Below are positions 1 to 11,381 of a stretch of 64,000 nt of DNA, one piece after another; position 1 is the first letter of the stretch, and each line of letters begins with the position of its first letter. A program made the position numbers and the translations under genes. A model generated the notes under the pieces. That model ran no database searches and was not told the DNA's origin. It worked only from the letters and a program-made list of their open reading frames with translations. The DNA comes from Alphaproteobacteria bacterium (GTDB lineage Bacteria > Pseudomonadota > Alphaproteobacteria > Micavibrionales > Micavibrionaceae), in the NCBI GenBank assembly GCA_017302165.1, contig JAFLCW010000004.1, positions 59,834 to 123,833 of the forward strand, written 5' to 3'.

Positions 1-693
1 TCGTGACGCCGGATCGGGCGACGATCAGATGATCGTGCACCATGATATCGAGGGCTGAGGCGGCCGACACAATCTCCCGGGTCATATCAATATCGGCGCG
101 GGACGGCGTGGCATCCCCCGACGGGTGGTTATGCACCAGAATGATCGCCGTGGCCGAGAGTTCAAGCGCGCGTTTCACAATTTCGCGTGGATAGGCGGGC
201 GTGTGGTCAACGGTGCCGGATTGTTGAATTTCATCGGCGATCAATTCATTTTTTTTGTTGAGGAACAAAAGCCGGAAATGTTCTTTGGCTTCATGCGCCA
301 TGGTGCCGTGAAGATAATCAAGCAAGACCTGCCATGAGTTTAATACAGGCTTGCCCATGATATCCTGTTTCATCACGCGTTGCCCCGCCGCCTGTATGGA
401 TTTAAGCGCCAGGGCGGAAATTTCAGACAGGCCTTCGGCGGATTCCAGATCCGCCAGCGGTGCATTCAACACCCCGCGAAGCGACCCAAAACGCGCCAGC
501 AATGATTTGGCAAGCGGTTTGACATCCCGGCGCGGAATGGCCATGAACAACAAAAGCTCCAGCAATTCATAATCAGGAAGGCTGTCGGGGGCGTATTTGA
601 ATCTCTCCCTTAAACGATCCCGGTGTCCGGTGTAATGCGGCTCTGCCGGGTCTTCTGTCGCCGGGGCGGCGTTAATAGGCGGTCGTGCCATCG
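1..693 (-). CDS. radC: RadC-like JAB-domain protein (3' end runs off the window)
   Basis: Minus-strand frame is open from ATG at 693-691 to position 1. Translation reads [10 protein letters not shown]...[13 protein letters not shown]...[21 protein letters not shown] (JAMM motif). It is absent from the ORF track because it has no in-window stop. Confidence 0.85.
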
Positions 694-1355
694 GGTGCGC
701 TCTGTGACCAGAAATAATGATCCGCGCCTTTGAGGAAGTTCGCGTATTCCCCGGTCGGGAATTCATGATACGCTTTTTTAAAATCAATTGATTTCACAAT
801 ATCCTTGAACGACACCGCCCATTTTTCATACGCGTGATTAAGCGTGGAACATTCCAGCGCATAGAGTTTGTCATTATATAAGGACGCAAACATGATCGCG
901 CGGCGCGTCTGCATCACCGTGCCGCTATGGGTAGAATAACTGGCGAGCGCATAGGACGCATGCCAGCGCCCCAGCCCTGCCCCGTCATACACGCGGTCCA
1001 GTTGATATCCTTCATATTGCGCCAAGTAAGAATCCCAGAACGGCGCGCTCACGGCGGTTTTTTGAATATCGCGCCCGAAATCCGGCGGGTAGATCACAAA
1101 CCGTTGATCGGGGTGCACCCGCACCTTGCAGACGGGCTGGTCATGGTCTGACGGGGCGATGATGGTCAAAATATCTTCGGGTTTTTGGTTATGAACCACA
1201 TTCCATGTATCGGGAAATGACATGGTCAGGCCGCTTTTGGCATCCTGCCAGACGAAATAATCCGCCTGCGCCGAAACGGGCAACATCAGGACAAGGACGG
1301 CCATAAGGAATCTGATCATGGGCATGATTATAACCGCCAAAGCACAGCCGGGCAA
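672..1355 (-). CDS. Hypothetical secreted protein (N-terminal signal peptide)
   Basis: 227-aa ORF. The hydrophobic N-terminus [21 protein letters not shown] looks like a signal peptide. The track start is TTG; ATG at 1325 is an alternative. No recognisable domain. Confidence 0.6.
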   Translation of the reverse strand: MPGCALAVIIMPMIRFLMAVLVLMLPVSAQADYFVWQDAKSGLTMSFPDTWNVVHNQKPEDILTIIAPSDHDQPVCKVRVHPDQRFVIYPPDFGRDIQKTAVSAPFWDSYLAQYEGYQLDRVYDGAGLGRWHASYALASYSTHSGTVMQTRRAIMFASLYNDKLYALECSTLNHAYEKWAVSFKDIVKSIDFKKAYHEFPTGEYANFLKGADHYFWSQSAPDGTTAY

Positions 1356-1359
1356 ATCC

Positions 1360-2373
1360 TTAGGCGCGCCAGAACCCCATGATATCCATAGCGTTTTTCA
1401 AGATCGGCTCGGCGATCTCGTTGGCCTTGACGGCGGATGCCCCCAAAATACGATCCATTTCCGTAGGATCGGCCATTAATTCCCGCATGCGCCCGGTGAT
1501 GGGTGCCATGGTCGCCACCGTCAGATCAGACAGCGCATTTTTAAACGCCGAAAATTGTTGCCCGCCATATTCCGCCATCACCGCTTCGCGCGAGGTGTCG
1601 GACAAAGCGGCGTAGATGGTCAACAGATTGCGCGCTTCGGGGCGTCCTTCGCACTCTGCCTCGCTGGCCGGGACAAGTCCGGCATCGGTTTTGGCCTTTT
1701 TGATTTTTTGCGAAATCATGTCGGCATCATCGGTCAGGTTAATACGGGTCATATCGCTTTCGGCGGATTTACTCATTTTCTGAGTCCCATCACGAAGCGA
1801 CATCACGCGCGTTGCTTCACCCATGATGACGGGGTCTGGTACCGGAAAGAAATCACGCCCGGCAATATGCTGGTTGAATGAAATCGCGATATCGCGCATC
1901 AACTCCACATGTTGTTTCTGGTCATCCCCCACAGGCACATGGGTGGCATGATAGAGCAACACATCCGCCGCCATCAGCGTCGGATAAGTATAAAGCCCGG
2001 CGGACGCTTTTTCTTTATCCTTACCCGCCTTATCCTTGAACTGGGTCATGCGATTAAGCCAGCCCAGCGGCGTAATACAGGACAACATCCACCCCAATTG
2101 GGCATGGCCGGGCACGGATGATTGGGCAAAGATAATCGATTTTTCAGGATTCACACCCGCGGCGATATAGGCCGCGGCCACTTCGCGCGTGGCATTTTTT
2201 AACGTGCCGGGATTATATCCTGTCGTGTTGGCATGAAGATCGACAACACAATAGATACATTGTGTGCCGTGTTCATCTTGCATCTTCACCCAGTTCTTGA
2301 GTGCGCCCAGATAATTCCCCAACGTCAAACGGTTGGTGGGTTGCATGCCTGAAAAAATACGCTTCATGTTCAC
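1360..2373 (-). CDS. trpS: Tryptophan--tRNA ligase
   Basis: 337 aa with class I aaRS motifs (TLGNYLGA HIGH-like region and KMSKS) and overall TrpRS-like sequence. Confidence 0.95.
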   Translation of the reverse strand: MNMKRIFSGMQPTNRLTLGNYLGALKNWVKMQDEHGTQCIYCVVDLHANTTGYNPGTLKNATREVAAAYIAAGVNPEKSIIFAQSSVPGHAQLGWMLSCITPLGWLNRMTQFKDKAGKDKEKASAGLYTYPTLMAADVLLYHATHVPVGDDQKQHVELMRDIAISFNQHIAGRDFFPVPDPVIMGEATRVMSLRDGTQKMSKSAESDMTRINLTDDADMISQKIKKAKTDAGLVPASEAECEGRPEARNLLTIYAALSDTSREAVMAEYGGQQFSAFKNALSDLTVATMAPITGRMRELMADPTEMDRILGASAVKANEIAEPILKNAMDIMGFWRA

Positions 2374-2376
2374 TCT

Positions 2377-3924
2377 CTATTTCTTTTTAACAAGATATCT
2401 TTGAATATCGTGGATATTGAGCGCGCCGCTCAAGGCCACTGAGAGAATATAGGATACAAACCCCGATCCCACCAATACCCCCAGCGCACATAATTTATGG
2501 AGCGACGACATGTCATACATCGGTGCCACCACATGATTAACCCCGAACAAAACCCCGCCCATGACCAGTGCCGACAGCACAACACGCGGCAGGAATTGTT
2601 TCAAACGATCATCAAACTGGGCGGTCTCCATATCCTTGAGCCCCCGTTTCATCAGGATGAATTGAACCCATCCGGCAATCCCCGTGGCCAGCGCAATTCC
2701 CGCCACCCCCAGCCAGCCAATAAGTAGAAGTGCGAGCGCGATATTCAGAAGCGTGCAGAAAATCGCAATCTTGACCGGTGTCATCGTGTCCTGACGCGAC
2801 CAGAAGGCCGTGGAGAAAACCTTAATCGCAATATAAGCCGGAAGCCCCAGCGCATACCCCATCAGCACCTTGGCTGTCATGTCGGTATTCGTGGCGTTAA
2901 ATTCGCCACGTTCAAAAAGTACCTTGATGATGGGCTCTGCCGCCACAATCAAGGCGACCGCCGCCGGAAGCGCCAGTAAAAGGCTGATTTCAAGCGCACG
3001 GTTAAACAACATATGCGCTTCGGTTTTTTCGCCGCCCGCCAAAGCCTTAGAGAGCATGGGAAGCAAGGCCGTCCCCACGGCAATTCCCACCATGCCCAGC
3101 GGCAGTTGATTGAGACGATCTGCATAATACAAATATGAAATGGAACCCGCCGGAAGCCACGAGGCAATAATGAGATCAGCAAACAAGTTGATATGCACAA
3201 CCCCCGCCCCCAAAATCCCCGGCCCCATTAAAATGAAGAGTCGTTTTATATCGGCATCAAAACGGGGCAAGCGCAGATTAAATGAGATGTTCGCCCGGCG
3301 CATACAGGCAAACATCCATATTAATTGTACAACCCCAGCCGCAAACACCCCCCACGCCAGCGCATGCCCCGGTGTTTCCAATACCGGGGTAAAGACCACA
3401 ATACCGATCATCATGCACAAATTGAAAAAAATAGGCGCGGCGGCATACGGCGCAAACCGATCATGTGCGTTCATAACCCCGCCCAGTAAAGAGGTCAAAG
3501 ACATCAGCAGAAGATAAGGAAAAGTGATCCGGGAGAGTTCAACTGCGAGGTCATAGCGTACCTCGCCGTCATGAAACCCCGGTGCAATGGCATAAATCAC
3601 CCACGGCATGGCCAGCATGGCCAGCAACGTGAACGGCACCAGAAAAAGCAACATCATGGCAAAGGCATTGCCCGCGAAAGCATCCGCCGAGATATCGCCC
3701 TCTTTCTTTAATTTCTCAGCATAAATAGGCACGAAGGAAACGCTAAAGGCGCCTTCGGCCGTGATCCGCCGGAACAAATTGGGGAGTTTAAGCGCGACAA
3801 AGAACGCATCCGCAACTGGCCCCGCCCCCATAAGCGCCGCCGTTACCACGTCCCGGATAAACCCAAAAATACGGCTGATACCCGTTAATCCAGCCACGGT
3901 GGCCATTGCCTTGATCAATTTCAT
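2377..3924 (-). CDS. murJ: Lipid II flippase MurJ
   Basis: 515-aa polytopic membrane protein. N-terminus ...SRIFGFIRDVVTAALMGAGPVADAFFVALKLPNLFRR is typical of MurJ/MviN. Confidence 0.93.
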   Translation of the reverse strand: MKLIKAMATVAGLTGISRIFGFIRDVVTAALMGAGPVADAFFVALKLPNLFRRITAEGAFSVSFVPIYAEKLKKEGDISADAFAGNAFAMMLLFLVPFTLLAMLAMPWVIYAIAPGFHDGEVRYDLAVELSRITFPYLLLMSLTSLLGGVMNAHDRFAPYAAAPIFFNLCMMIGIVVFTPVLETPGHALAWGVFAAGVVQLIWMFACMRRANISFNLRLPRFDADIKRLFILMGPGILGAGVVHINLFADLIIASWLPAGSISYLYYADRLNQLPLGMVGIAVGTALLPMLSKALAGGEKTEAHMLFNRALEISLLLALPAAVALIVAAEPIIKVLFERGEFNATNTDMTAKVLMGYALGLPAYIAIKVFSTAFWSRQDTMTPVKIAIFCTLLNIALALLLIGWLGVAGIALATGIAGWVQFILMKRGLKDMETAQFDDRLKQFLPRVVLSALVMGGVLFGVNHVVAPMYDMSSLHKLCALGVLVGSGFVSYILSVALSGALNIHDIQRYLVKKK

Positions 3925-4052
3925 GAAAAGTCTTTACAACCTATATTGTGAAAGCGCGAGAATTATTCCTGATAAAAATATTGACATATATTTATGCACA
4001 TCGTCAGATAATTTTATACTTTTCTTCGATTTAATCTTATAAAAATGCATAC

Positions 4053-4805
4053 ATGACACAAAACCCCGAAAGCCAATGGTTTGGCACACACGCCGTGACG
4101 CCACGTGAAAAAACCCGAAAAGTGATCGGTGTTTTTGACTCTGTGGCCTCCAAATACGACCTGATGAATGATCTGATGTCGGGCGGAATCCACCGTGTGT
4201 GGAAAAACCATCTGATCCGACGTATCCGGCCGCGTGCGGGATATCATTATCTGGATGTGGCGGGCGGTACGGGCGATATTGCCTTTCGGATCCGTGAACG
4301 CACGGGCGGCAAGGCACACATTACACTCTGTGATCTCAACACAGAGATGTTGAGTGTCGGGAGAGACCGCGCGTTAAATAAAGGTTATGGAGATTTAAAT
4401 TGGGTAACGGGCAATGCTGAATCCCTGCCGATCCCGGATCAAACCATGGATGTGTACACCATTGCGTTTGGGCTTCGGAACGTCACGCATATTGATACTG
4501 CCCTTGCCGAGGCGTTCAGGGTTTTAAAACCCGGCGGACGTTTTTATTGTTTGGAATTTTCACAGGTACGCGACCCGTTAATGTCCAAAATATATGACAG
4601 TTTTTCCTATGGGATCATCCCCCGAATGGGAGAGATGGTGACCCAAGACCGCGAGAGTTATCAGTATCTGGTCGAGAGCATTCGGCAATTCCCCGCGCAA
4701 CATCAGTTGAAACGCCGGATGGAAGCGGTAGGATTTGCATCTTGCAGTTATGAAAATTTAACCTTCGGGGTCGCCTGCATTCATAGCGGGCTGAAGTCAG
4801 CGTAA
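4053..4805 (+). CDS. ubiE: Ubiquinone/menaquinone biosynthesis C-methyltransferase UbiE
   Basis: 250 aa. Contains VFDSVASKYDLMNDLMSGGIHRVWK and the SAM-binding motif LDVAGGTGD. Confidence 0.93.
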   Translation: MTQNPESQWFGTHAVTPREKTRKVIGVFDSVASKYDLMNDLMSGGIHRVWKNHLIRRIRPRAGYHYLDVAGGTGDIAFRIRERTGGKAHITLCDLNTEMLSVGRDRALNKGYGDLNWVTGNAESLPIPDQTMDVYTIAFGLRNVTHIDTALAEAFRVLKPGGRFYCLEFSQVRDPLMSKIYDSFSYGIIPRMGEMVTQDRESYQYLVESIRQFPAQHQLKRRMEAVGFASCSYENLTFGVACIHSGLKSA

Positions 4806-4992
4806 TACCCGCCTTTCGGCCTAGATTCTGACAAAATTATGGCTTATGCAAAAAGTTCTTGCCTTTCGCCCTATAACCTCATTATAAACGGTCTTGCTTT
4901 CATTAGGGCGATGACTTAATGGATCGGGGTCTTAACCGGACTCTCGCGTGGGCGATATCTGTTTAAACTTTAACATTAAGGGAACTTTCAAT

Positions 4993-5445
4993 ATGAATAA
5001 CATCGTAAAATCCGTCGCATTTGCCGCTGTCGTTTTGGTAGCTGGTATTGCGGCCATGCAATTCGTTTACAAAAACGTAACGGCAGATGAAGCCGCCAAC
5101 ATGGAGCCTGCCGCTGGCGACGCCATGGCAACCACAGAAGGTGCTGTTGAAGGCGCCGTAGAAGCCACAGAAGAAGCCGCTGAAGAAGCAGGCGAAGTTG
5201 CCGCTGAAGCTGTTGATGCGACCAAAGAAGCCGCTTCTGATGCTGTTGATGCCGCGAAAGAAGCTGGTGCAGATGCCGCTGAAGCCGCTGGCGAAGCCAC
5301 AGAAAAGGCCAAAGAAGCCGTTGAAGGCGCTGTCGAAGAAGTTGCTCCGGCCGCTTCTGCTGAAACACCAGCCGCTGAAGCCACAGATGCCGCGAAAGAC
5401 GCCGCAACTGAAGCCGCTGACAAAGCCAAGGAAATGGCTGAGTAA
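4993..5445 (+). CDS. Membrane-anchored Ala/Glu-rich low-complexity protein
   Basis: ATG at 4993 is preceded by AAGGGA. It has one N-terminal TM helix (SVAFAAVVLVAGIAAMQFV) followed by about 110 aa of A/E/T/K repeats, and a strong terminator follows. The track's GTG start at 4948 is less likely. Confidence 0.6.
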   Translation: MNNIVKSVAFAAVVLVAGIAAMQFVYKNVTADEAANMEPAAGDAMATTEGAVEGAVEATEEAAEEAGEVAAEAVDATKEAASDAVDAAKEAGADAAEAAGEATEKAKEAVEGAVEEVAPAASAETPAAEATDAAKDAATEAADKAKEMAE

Positions 5446-5479
5446 TTACTCGCTTTTCTCTGATAAATTGAATAACATA

Positions 5480-5505
5480 AGCCCCGTTTCCACGGGGCTT
5501 TTTGT
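5480..5505 (+). terminator. Rho-independent terminator
   Basis: AGCCCCG-tttcca-CGGGGCT stem-loop followed by a T tract, directly after the Ala/Glu-rich ORF. Confidence 0.7.
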
Positions 5506-5517
5506 TTGGATAGATAT

Positions 5518-6738
5518 ATGCTGAAGGGCAAGACGATCCTATTGATTATTTCAGGCGGCATTGCGGCCTACAAGTCGCTGGAGCTGATCCGTCTGCTCAA
5601 AAAATCAGACGTAGCCATCAGATGTATTCTCACAGCAGGCGGACAGAAGTTCATTACACCTTTGAGTGTTGCATCATTATCCGAACATCCCTGTTACACA
5701 GATTTATGGTCGCTGACCGATGAAACAGACATGGGTCATATCCGCCTCTCCCGAGAGAGCGACCTGATTGTCGTCGCCCCCGCGAGTGCCAATATCATCG
5801 CCCGGATGGCACAGGGTATGGCCGATGATCTGGCCACGACCACCCTTTTAGCGAGTGATAAAAAAATCATGTTATTTCCAGCCATGAACCCGCTGATGTG
5901 GTCGAACCCAGCCACGCAGGCCAATATTGAAACTCTGCGGGCCCGGGGCGTGATTATCATTGACCCGGCACAAGGAGATATGGCCTGCGGGGAAACCGGT
6001 ACTGGACGCCTGCCCGAAGCGACAGAGATGATAGCTACGCTGAACACATTTTTTGATAAAAAAAAAGCCTTAAGCGGATATAAAGCCTTAGTCACGGCGG
6101 GTCCAACGCACGAACCGCTGGATCCCGTGCGATATATTGGGAACAGATCTTCCGGCAAACAGGGATATGCCATTGCCCAAGCCCTCGCGGATGAAGGGGC
6201 TGAAGTCACGTTAATCTCAGGCCCCACCTCTCTCACGCCGCCCCCGGGCGTCACCTTCATCTCTGTGGAAACGGCGCAGGAGATGATGTCGGCGGCGCTT
6301 AATACCCTGCCCTGTAATATCGCGGTGTGTACAGCGGCAGTTGCTGACTGGCGGCCTGACGTCATGGCCTCACAGAAAATCAAAAAACAGGAAAACACAC
6401 CCCCCCAGCCTCTCACCCTTGTTGAAAATCCTGATATTTTAAAAACAATTTCAACTCATCCGGCTCAACGGCCAGCACTGGTGGTGGGCTTTGCCGCGGA
6501 AACGGATCAGGTTATCCCCCATGCCCAGCACAAGAGGATTAGTAAAAAATGTGACTGGATTTTGGCCAACGATGTCACGCAAGATGTTTTTGGTACCGAT
6601 AATAATCAGGTCATATGGTGTCATGATAGCGGCGCAGAAACGTGGCCGAAGACACGTAAATCTGAGATCGCGCAAAAACTGGTAGAAAAAATCATCCTCC
6701 ATTTTTCTTCCTCTCACTCACGAAAGAAAGTCTCATGA
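5518..6738 (+). CDS. coaBC: Bifunctional phosphopantothenoylcysteine decarboxylase / phosphopantothenate--cysteine ligase
   Basis: Flavoprotein N-domain ([11 protein letters not shown]) plus a C-terminal CoaB domain. The ATG at 5518 is preferred over the TTG at 5506, which abuts the terminator. Confidence 0.93.
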   Translation: MLKGKTILLIISGGIAAYKSLELIRLLKKSDVAIRCILTAGGQKFITPLSVASLSEHPCYTDLWSLTDETDMGHIRLSRESDLIVVAPASANIIARMAQGMADDLATTTLLASDKKIMLFPAMNPLMWSNPATQANIETLRARGVIIIDPAQGDMACGETGTGRLPEATEMIATLNTFFDKKKALSGYKALVTAGPTHEPLDPVRYIGNRSSGKQGYAIAQALADEGAEVTLISGPTSLTPPPGVTFISVETAQEMMSAALNTLPCNIAVCTAAVADWRPDVMASQKIKKQENTPPQPLTLVENPDILKTISTHPAQRPALVVGFAAETDQVIPHAQHKRISKKCDWILANDVTQDVFGTDNNQVIWCHDSGAETWPKTRKSEIAQKLVEKIILHFSSSHSRKKVS

Positions 6739-7205
6739 AAAATTTTAACGAGAATAAGTTACCTATTCCCGTGCTCCGCCTGCCCCATGGACACGATATG
6801 CCCCTGCCCGCCTATGCCACGACGCTATCCGCCGGGATGGATTTATGTGCGGCCGTAGATGCGCCCCTGACGCTTAAACCCGGAGCGCGTATCTTGGTGC
6901 CCACGGGTTTGGCGATGGCTATGCCCTCCGGGTTTGAAGCCCAAATTCGTCCCCGCTCTGGACTGGCGTTTAAAAACGGGGTGACGGTTTTAAATTCTCC
7001 CGGCACGATTGATGCAGATTATCGCGGCGAAATTAAAATCATTCTCGCCAATCTGGGCACGGAAGATTTTATCATAGAGCGCGGGATGCGCATTGCGCAG
7101 ATGGTCATTGCCCGTCATGAAACGGTGCAATGGGAGATGGTAGAGACCTTGGACGATACCGCACGCGGCGGCGGTGGCTTTGGCTCCACAGGTATCCAAG
7201 GATAA
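6735..7205 (+). CDS. dut: dUTP diphosphatase
   Basis: 156 aa with motifs [15 protein letters not shown] and a C-terminal GGFGSTG. The start has a 4-nt overlap with the coaBC stop. Confidence 0.95.
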   Translation: MKNFNENKLPIPVLRLPHGHDMPLPAYATTLSAGMDLCAAVDAPLTLKPGARILVPTGLAMAMPSGFEAQIRPRSGLAFKNGVTVLNSPGTIDADYRGEIKIILANLGTEDFIIERGMRIAQMVIARHETVQWEMVETLDDTARGGGGFGSTGIQG

Positions 7206-7206
7206 T

Positions 7207-9885
7207 ATGACACAAGCGGCATCTTTATTATTGCCAGACACACGCGCCGCCGAGGGGCACACGCCCATGATGGCACAGTATCATGCCGTCAAATCACAAC
7301 ATCCGGATTGTTTGTTATTTTACCGGATGGGTGATTTTTATGAACTTTTTTTTGATGACGCACTCACCGCCTCGCAGGTTCTTGATATCACCTTAACAAA
7401 ACGCGGGAAAACACAAGGCGAAGAAATTCCCATGTGCGGCGTACCCTTTCATGCCTATGAAGGGTATCTAGCACGCTTAATCAAGGCCGGACATAAAGTC
7501 GCTATCTGCGAACAGGTCGAAACCCCTGAAGAGGCCAAAAAGCGCGGCGGTTATAAGGCATTGGTGCGGCGGGATGTTATCCGAATTGTTACGCCCGGCA
7601 CATTGACCGAAGATACGTTGCTCGAGGCACGTGAAAATAATTTTATCGCGTGCCTGGCAAAAATCGGCGATGATATCGGCCTATCCTGGCTTGATTTATC
7701 AACCGGGGATTTCATGACCCAGGCGATTGCGCCACATGCCCTTGCCCCCGCGCTTGACCGTATTCATGCCAAGGAAATTTTGATCCCGGATACATTATCG
7801 GCGCAAACGGATCTGGCACCCTACCGCGATACACTCACCCTTCAGCCCGCCAGCTTGTTCGATAGCGGCAATGCGCAAAAACGGCTTGAAGATATGTACG
7901 GCGTTGGGTCACTTCAATCCTATGGGTCATTCTCCCGCGCCGAAATTGCGGCGGCCGGAAGCTTGATTGATTATATCCGCCGAACACAGGTGGGAAAAAT
8001 GCCGCGCCTTCAACCGCTTCGTCAGATGACGGCGCAGGATGTGATGGAGATTGATTCTGCAACACGGCGTAATCTTGAACTCACGCGCACGTTATCAGGG
8101 GAAAGATCGGGTAGTCTTCTGGATATCTTGGATCGTTGTTTAACGGCAGGTGGCTCGCGTCTGCTGTCTTTACGGCTGATGAACCCGCTCATGAATATCG
8201 CCGATATCAATCGACGTTTGGATGAGATTGACTCCTGCTTGTCACAGGAACCCTTGCGCCACAGCGTTCGAAAGATACTTCGGCAGGCGCCTGACATGGA
8301 GCGCGCTTTATCCCGCCTCAGTCTCGGACGCGGAAGCCCGCGTGATCTGGGCGGTGTACGTGATGGATTGATCTGCGCACAAAATCTACGGGCATTCTTG
8401 ACCTCAGGGTCGGCACCTTCGGGATTGAAAGACATCACCCAAGATTTGGCCATGGCATCCGGCACACGAACATGTGCAGATACGTTATCCCAAGCGTTAA
8501 TGGATGACCTGCCGTTCCTAGACCGTGAGGGCGGCTTTATCAAACCCGGATTTGCGCCGGAGCTGGATCAACTTCGCTCTCTTCGAGATGAATCTCGCGG
8601 CCATATTGCCGCGCTTCAACAAAAATATCGTACGCGCACGGGAATCGATACCCTCAAGATTTCATACAACAATATTTTGGGTTTCTTTATTGATGTTACC
8701 GCGCGTCATGCCGATAAATTAATGGTACGCAAGGAAGATGCGGGACAGGACAACCCGTTCATTCATCGTCAGACCTTGGCGAATAATGTTCGGTTTACCA
8801 CCCCTGAGCTTTCGGAGTTAGAGCGCGCGGTATCATCGGCCGCGGAAAAATCCATCGCAATTGAACAGGACTATTTTGCGCAGTTTGTGACCTTGGTCAT
8901 GGCAGAGGCCGAAGAGATATCGCGCCTGGCGAAAACCATCAGTGCTTTGGACGTTGCCTGTGCGCTCGCAGATCTGGCGCAGGATTTTCATTATACGCGT
9001 CCCCAACTGGACACGTCGTTCACGTTTGATATTCGCGGTGGACGGCACCCGGTTGTGGAATCTGTGCTTAAAAAATCAGGTCAACCTTTCATGGCGAATG
9101 ATGCCAATTTAAACCCCGCACAACGGCTCTGGCTTTTGACGGGGCCGAATATGGCCGGGAAATCAACCTTCCTGCGCCAAAACGCGCTCATCACCCTGAT
9201 GGCGCAGATGGGGTCTTATGTCCCTGCGACGTCTGCCCATATCGGTGTGTGTGATCGTTTGTTTTCGCGGGTGGGTGCGGCGGATGATCTGGCGCGCGGT
9301 CATTCCACCTTTATGGTGGAGATGATCGAAACAGCCGTAATTTTAAATCAAGCCACGCCAAGGTCGCTTGTCATTCTGGATGAAATAGGCCGCGGCACCT
9401 CAACTTTTGACGGACTGTCGATTGCGTGGGCGTGTGTTGAGCATCTGTATCACACCACACAATGCCGGGGATTATTTGCCACGCATTACCATGAATTGAC
9501 CTCATTGACCCAAACCCTGCCTGGCCTTGCGTGTTATTCGCTTCAGGTTAAAGAATGGAACGGGGAGATTATCTTCCTGCACACCGTCGGCGCGGGCACG
9601 GCCGATCGATCTTACGGGATTCATGTGGCAAAATTGGCGGGCATTCCCCCCGCCGTGGTCAGCCGCGCCGAGGCTGTTCTGGCTCTGCTTCAATCCCAAG
9701 GCAAGACCGGGCAAATCGCCAAAATGGCACAGGATTTACCCCTTTTCTCCAGCGCCCCGTCCCCTTTGGCGTCGCCGGTTTCGCCCGCTGAAGAAAAACT
9801 AAAGGCGATCAATCCTGACCAACTCTCGCCCAGAGAGGCGCTTGATCTGATCTATGATCTGAAATCCTTGACGGAAAAGCGATAA
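7207..9885 (+). CDS. mutS: DNA mismatch repair protein MutS
   Basis: [34 protein letters not shown] mismatch-binding N-terminus and Walker [10 protein letters not shown]. The ATG at 7207 is preferred over the track start at 7174, which overlaps dut. Confidence 0.95.
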   Translation: MTQAASLLLPDTRAAEGHTPMMAQYHAVKSQHPDCLLFYRMGDFYELFFDDALTASQVLDITLTKRGKTQGEEIPMCGVPFHAYEGYLARLIKAGHKVAICEQVETPEEAKKRGGYKALVRRDVIRIVTPGTLTEDTLLEARENNFIACLAKIGDDIGLSWLDLSTGDFMTQAIAPHALAPALDRIHAKEILIPDTLSAQTDLAPYRDTLTLQPASLFDSGNAQKRLEDMYGVGSLQSYGSFSRAEIAAAGSLIDYIRRTQVGKMPRLQPLRQMTAQDVMEIDSATRRNLELTRTLSGERSGSLLDILDRCLTAGGSRLLSLRLMNPLMNIADINRRLDEIDSCLSQEPLRHSVRKILRQAPDMERALSRLSLGRGSPRDLGGVRDGLICAQNLRAFLTSGSAPSGLKDITQDLAMASGTRTCADTLSQALMDDLPFLDREGGFIKPGFAPELDQLRSLRDESRGHIAALQQKYRTRTGIDTLKISYNNILGFFIDVTARHADKLMVRKEDAGQDNPFIHRQTLANNVRFTTPELSELERAVSSAAEKSIAIEQDYFAQFVTLVMAEAEEISRLAKTISALDVACALADLAQDFHYTRPQLDTSFTFDIRGGRHPVVESVLKKSGQPFMANDANLNPAQRLWLLTGPNMAGKSTFLRQNALITLMAQMGSYVPATSAHIGVCDRLFSRVGAADDLARGHSTFMVEMIETAVILNQATPRSLVILDEIGRGTSTFDGLSIAWACVEHLYHTTQCRGLFATHYHELTSLTQTLPGLACYSLQVKEWNGEIIFLHTVGAGTADRSYGIHVAKLAGIPPAVVSRAEAVLALLQSQGKTGQIAKMAQDLPLFSSAPSPLASPVSPAEEKLKAINPDQLSPREALDLIYDLKSLTEKR

Positions 9886-9914
9886 CCGACTATTCACGTA
9901 CGCGTATATATGAT

Positions 9915-10004
9915 GGAGAAGTGGCAGAGAGGCTGAATGCGCCGCACTCGAAATGCGGTATGCTCGCAAGGGCATCGGGGGTTCAAATCCCTCCTTCTCC
10001 GCCA
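9915..10004 (+). tRNA. tRNA-Ser (anticodon CGA)
   Basis: 90-nt cloverleaf read by eye: acceptor GGAGAAG/CTTCTCC, anticodon stem CCGCA/TGCGG with loop CTCGAAA, long variable arm, TTCAAAT T-loop, and encoded CCA. Confidence 0.9.
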
Positions 10005-10125
10005 TTAACTCATATTCAAACATCCAAAGACATTTAAGAAGATAGCAAAAATCAGTTGTATATACTGAATTTACAGTGTTTTTAGATATTTATACATCCA
10101 AATAAATTTATTGCAATCCAGCCCG

Positions 10126-10149
10126 TATATGCGTAGATTTATGAGTAGA
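10126..10149 (+). repeat. Island-left copy of an imperfect direct repeat (TATATGCGTAGA-N7-GTAGA)
   Basis: TATATGCGTAGATTTATGAGTAGA lies 12 nt upstream of the int ATG. It matches 17083-17106 at 18 of 24 positions, including a 12-nt exact block and the same 12-nt GTAGA spacing. Confidence 0.5.
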
Positions 10150-10160
10150 AAGGCGGGAAC

Positions 10161-11381
10161 ATGCCGCTAACAGAGCTTTCAATTAAAAGTCTTAAACCCA
10201 AAGCCAAACTGTATCGTGTGGCGGATTCCAACGGTCTTTGCCTAGAAATCACGCCTCAAGGTAATAAACTCTGGCGATGGCGGTTTTATCATCTGGGCAA
10301 GCCTCAAATGACCGCCCTAGGCAAATACCCCTATGTGTCTTTGGCTCAGGCACGAAAACTGAGGGATGAGGCCAGAGAAACCCTTAAATCAGGCAAGCAC
10401 CCTACCCTTGCCAAAAAAGCCCAAAAACTCCGCCGATCTCTTGAAGGGGCAAATACCTTCGAACGTATAGCGCGTAACTGGATGGAAAATAAGAAAAAGG
10501 GGCTAAATCCCAAATATGCCAAGCAGAGTCTTGAGCGATTAGAGCAACTTGTTTTCCCCATGATTGGCGCGTTACCCGTTACGGACATAACCATCCCTGA
10601 TGTTGTACGGGTGGTGGAACGCATTGGTAATCGTGGAACGATTGAAACGGCCAAGCGCATGAAGCAACTGATTGGCCAGATATTCCGCTACGCCGCACAG
10701 CGTGGCCTATGTGACCACAACCCTGCCGCTGACTTACGGGATATACTACCACCCAAAGAAGAAAAACATCACGCCTGTATTCCCTTGGCAGAATTACCCA
10801 CACTGTTACAGGCCATAGAAGGCCGTAAAAACGATTTCAGCAAATACGCCATGCAGTTACTTGCTTTAACTTTTGTCCGTACGGGGGAGCTAATAGGGGC
10901 AAAATGGGAAGAAATAGATTTTGAACGTGCTGAATGGCATATCCCCAAAGAGCGTATGAAAATGAAACGTCCACATTTAGTATCATTATCTAAGCAAGCC
11001 TTGGCTGTTTTAAAGGAATTACACAAAAAGACAGGAACAAAAACCCATATCTTTCACAGCCCCGCGAGTAAATCCATGCATATCAGCAATGGCACTGTTT
11101 TAATGGCCTTACGCCGCATGGGGTATCAAGGCCGCATGTCGGGGCATGGTTTTCGTACTGTTGCATCCACGCTTTTAAATGAAAAGGGCTATCCGCCTGA
11201 TGTTATTGAACGTCAACTTGCACATGAAGCAGAGGATAAAATTCGCGCCGCCTATAACCGCGCAGAATACCTATTAGAACGTAAAAAGATGATGCAGGAT
11301 TATGCGGATATGCTTGAAAAAATGAGAACTGCTAAAAATAAAGTGGTCAATCCAAGATTTGTTCAGGTTGGTGGCTCATGA
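10161..11381 (+). CDS. int: Tyrosine-type site-specific integrase (P4/CP4-57-like, DUF4102 N-terminal arm-binding domain)
   Basis: 406 aa. N-terminus LSIKSLKPKAKLYRVADSNGLCLEITPQGNKLWRWRFY. Catalytic region has ...RTGEL..., HGFR and ...LAHE...AYNRAEY (R-H-R-Y type). It sits next to a tRNA. Confidence 0.9.
   Translation: MPLTELSIKSLKPKAKLYRVADSNGLCLEITPQGNKLWRWRFYHLGKPQMTALGKYPYVSLAQARKLRDEARETLKSGKHPTLAKKAQKLRRSLEGANTFERIARNWMENKKKGLNPKYAKQSLERLEQLVFPMIGALPVTDITIPDVVRVVERIGNRGTIETAKRMKQLIGQIFRYAAQRGLCDHNPAADLRDILPPKEEKHHACIPLAELPTLLQAIEGRKNDFSKYAMQLLALTFVRTGELIGAKWEEIDFERAEWHIPKERMKMKRPHLVSLSKQALAVLKELHKKTGTKTHIFHSPASKSMHISNGTVLMALRRMGYQGRMSGHGFRTVASTLLNEKGYPPDVIERQLAHEAEDKIRAAYNRAEYLLERKKMMQDYADMLEKMRTAKNKVVNPRFVQVGGS

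Noticed and set aside
4988-5561. Long ORFs antisense to or out of frame with the Ala/Glu-rich gene (139, 164 and 108 aa).
   Set aside because: They are artefacts of the GCN/GAA repeat composition. Their translations are low-complexity (L/Q/R or S/A runs) and they lack start signals.
9799-10023. 74-aa minus-strand ORF covering the tRNA-Ser.
   Set aside because: It lies antisense to a well-formed tRNA and is a chance ORF.
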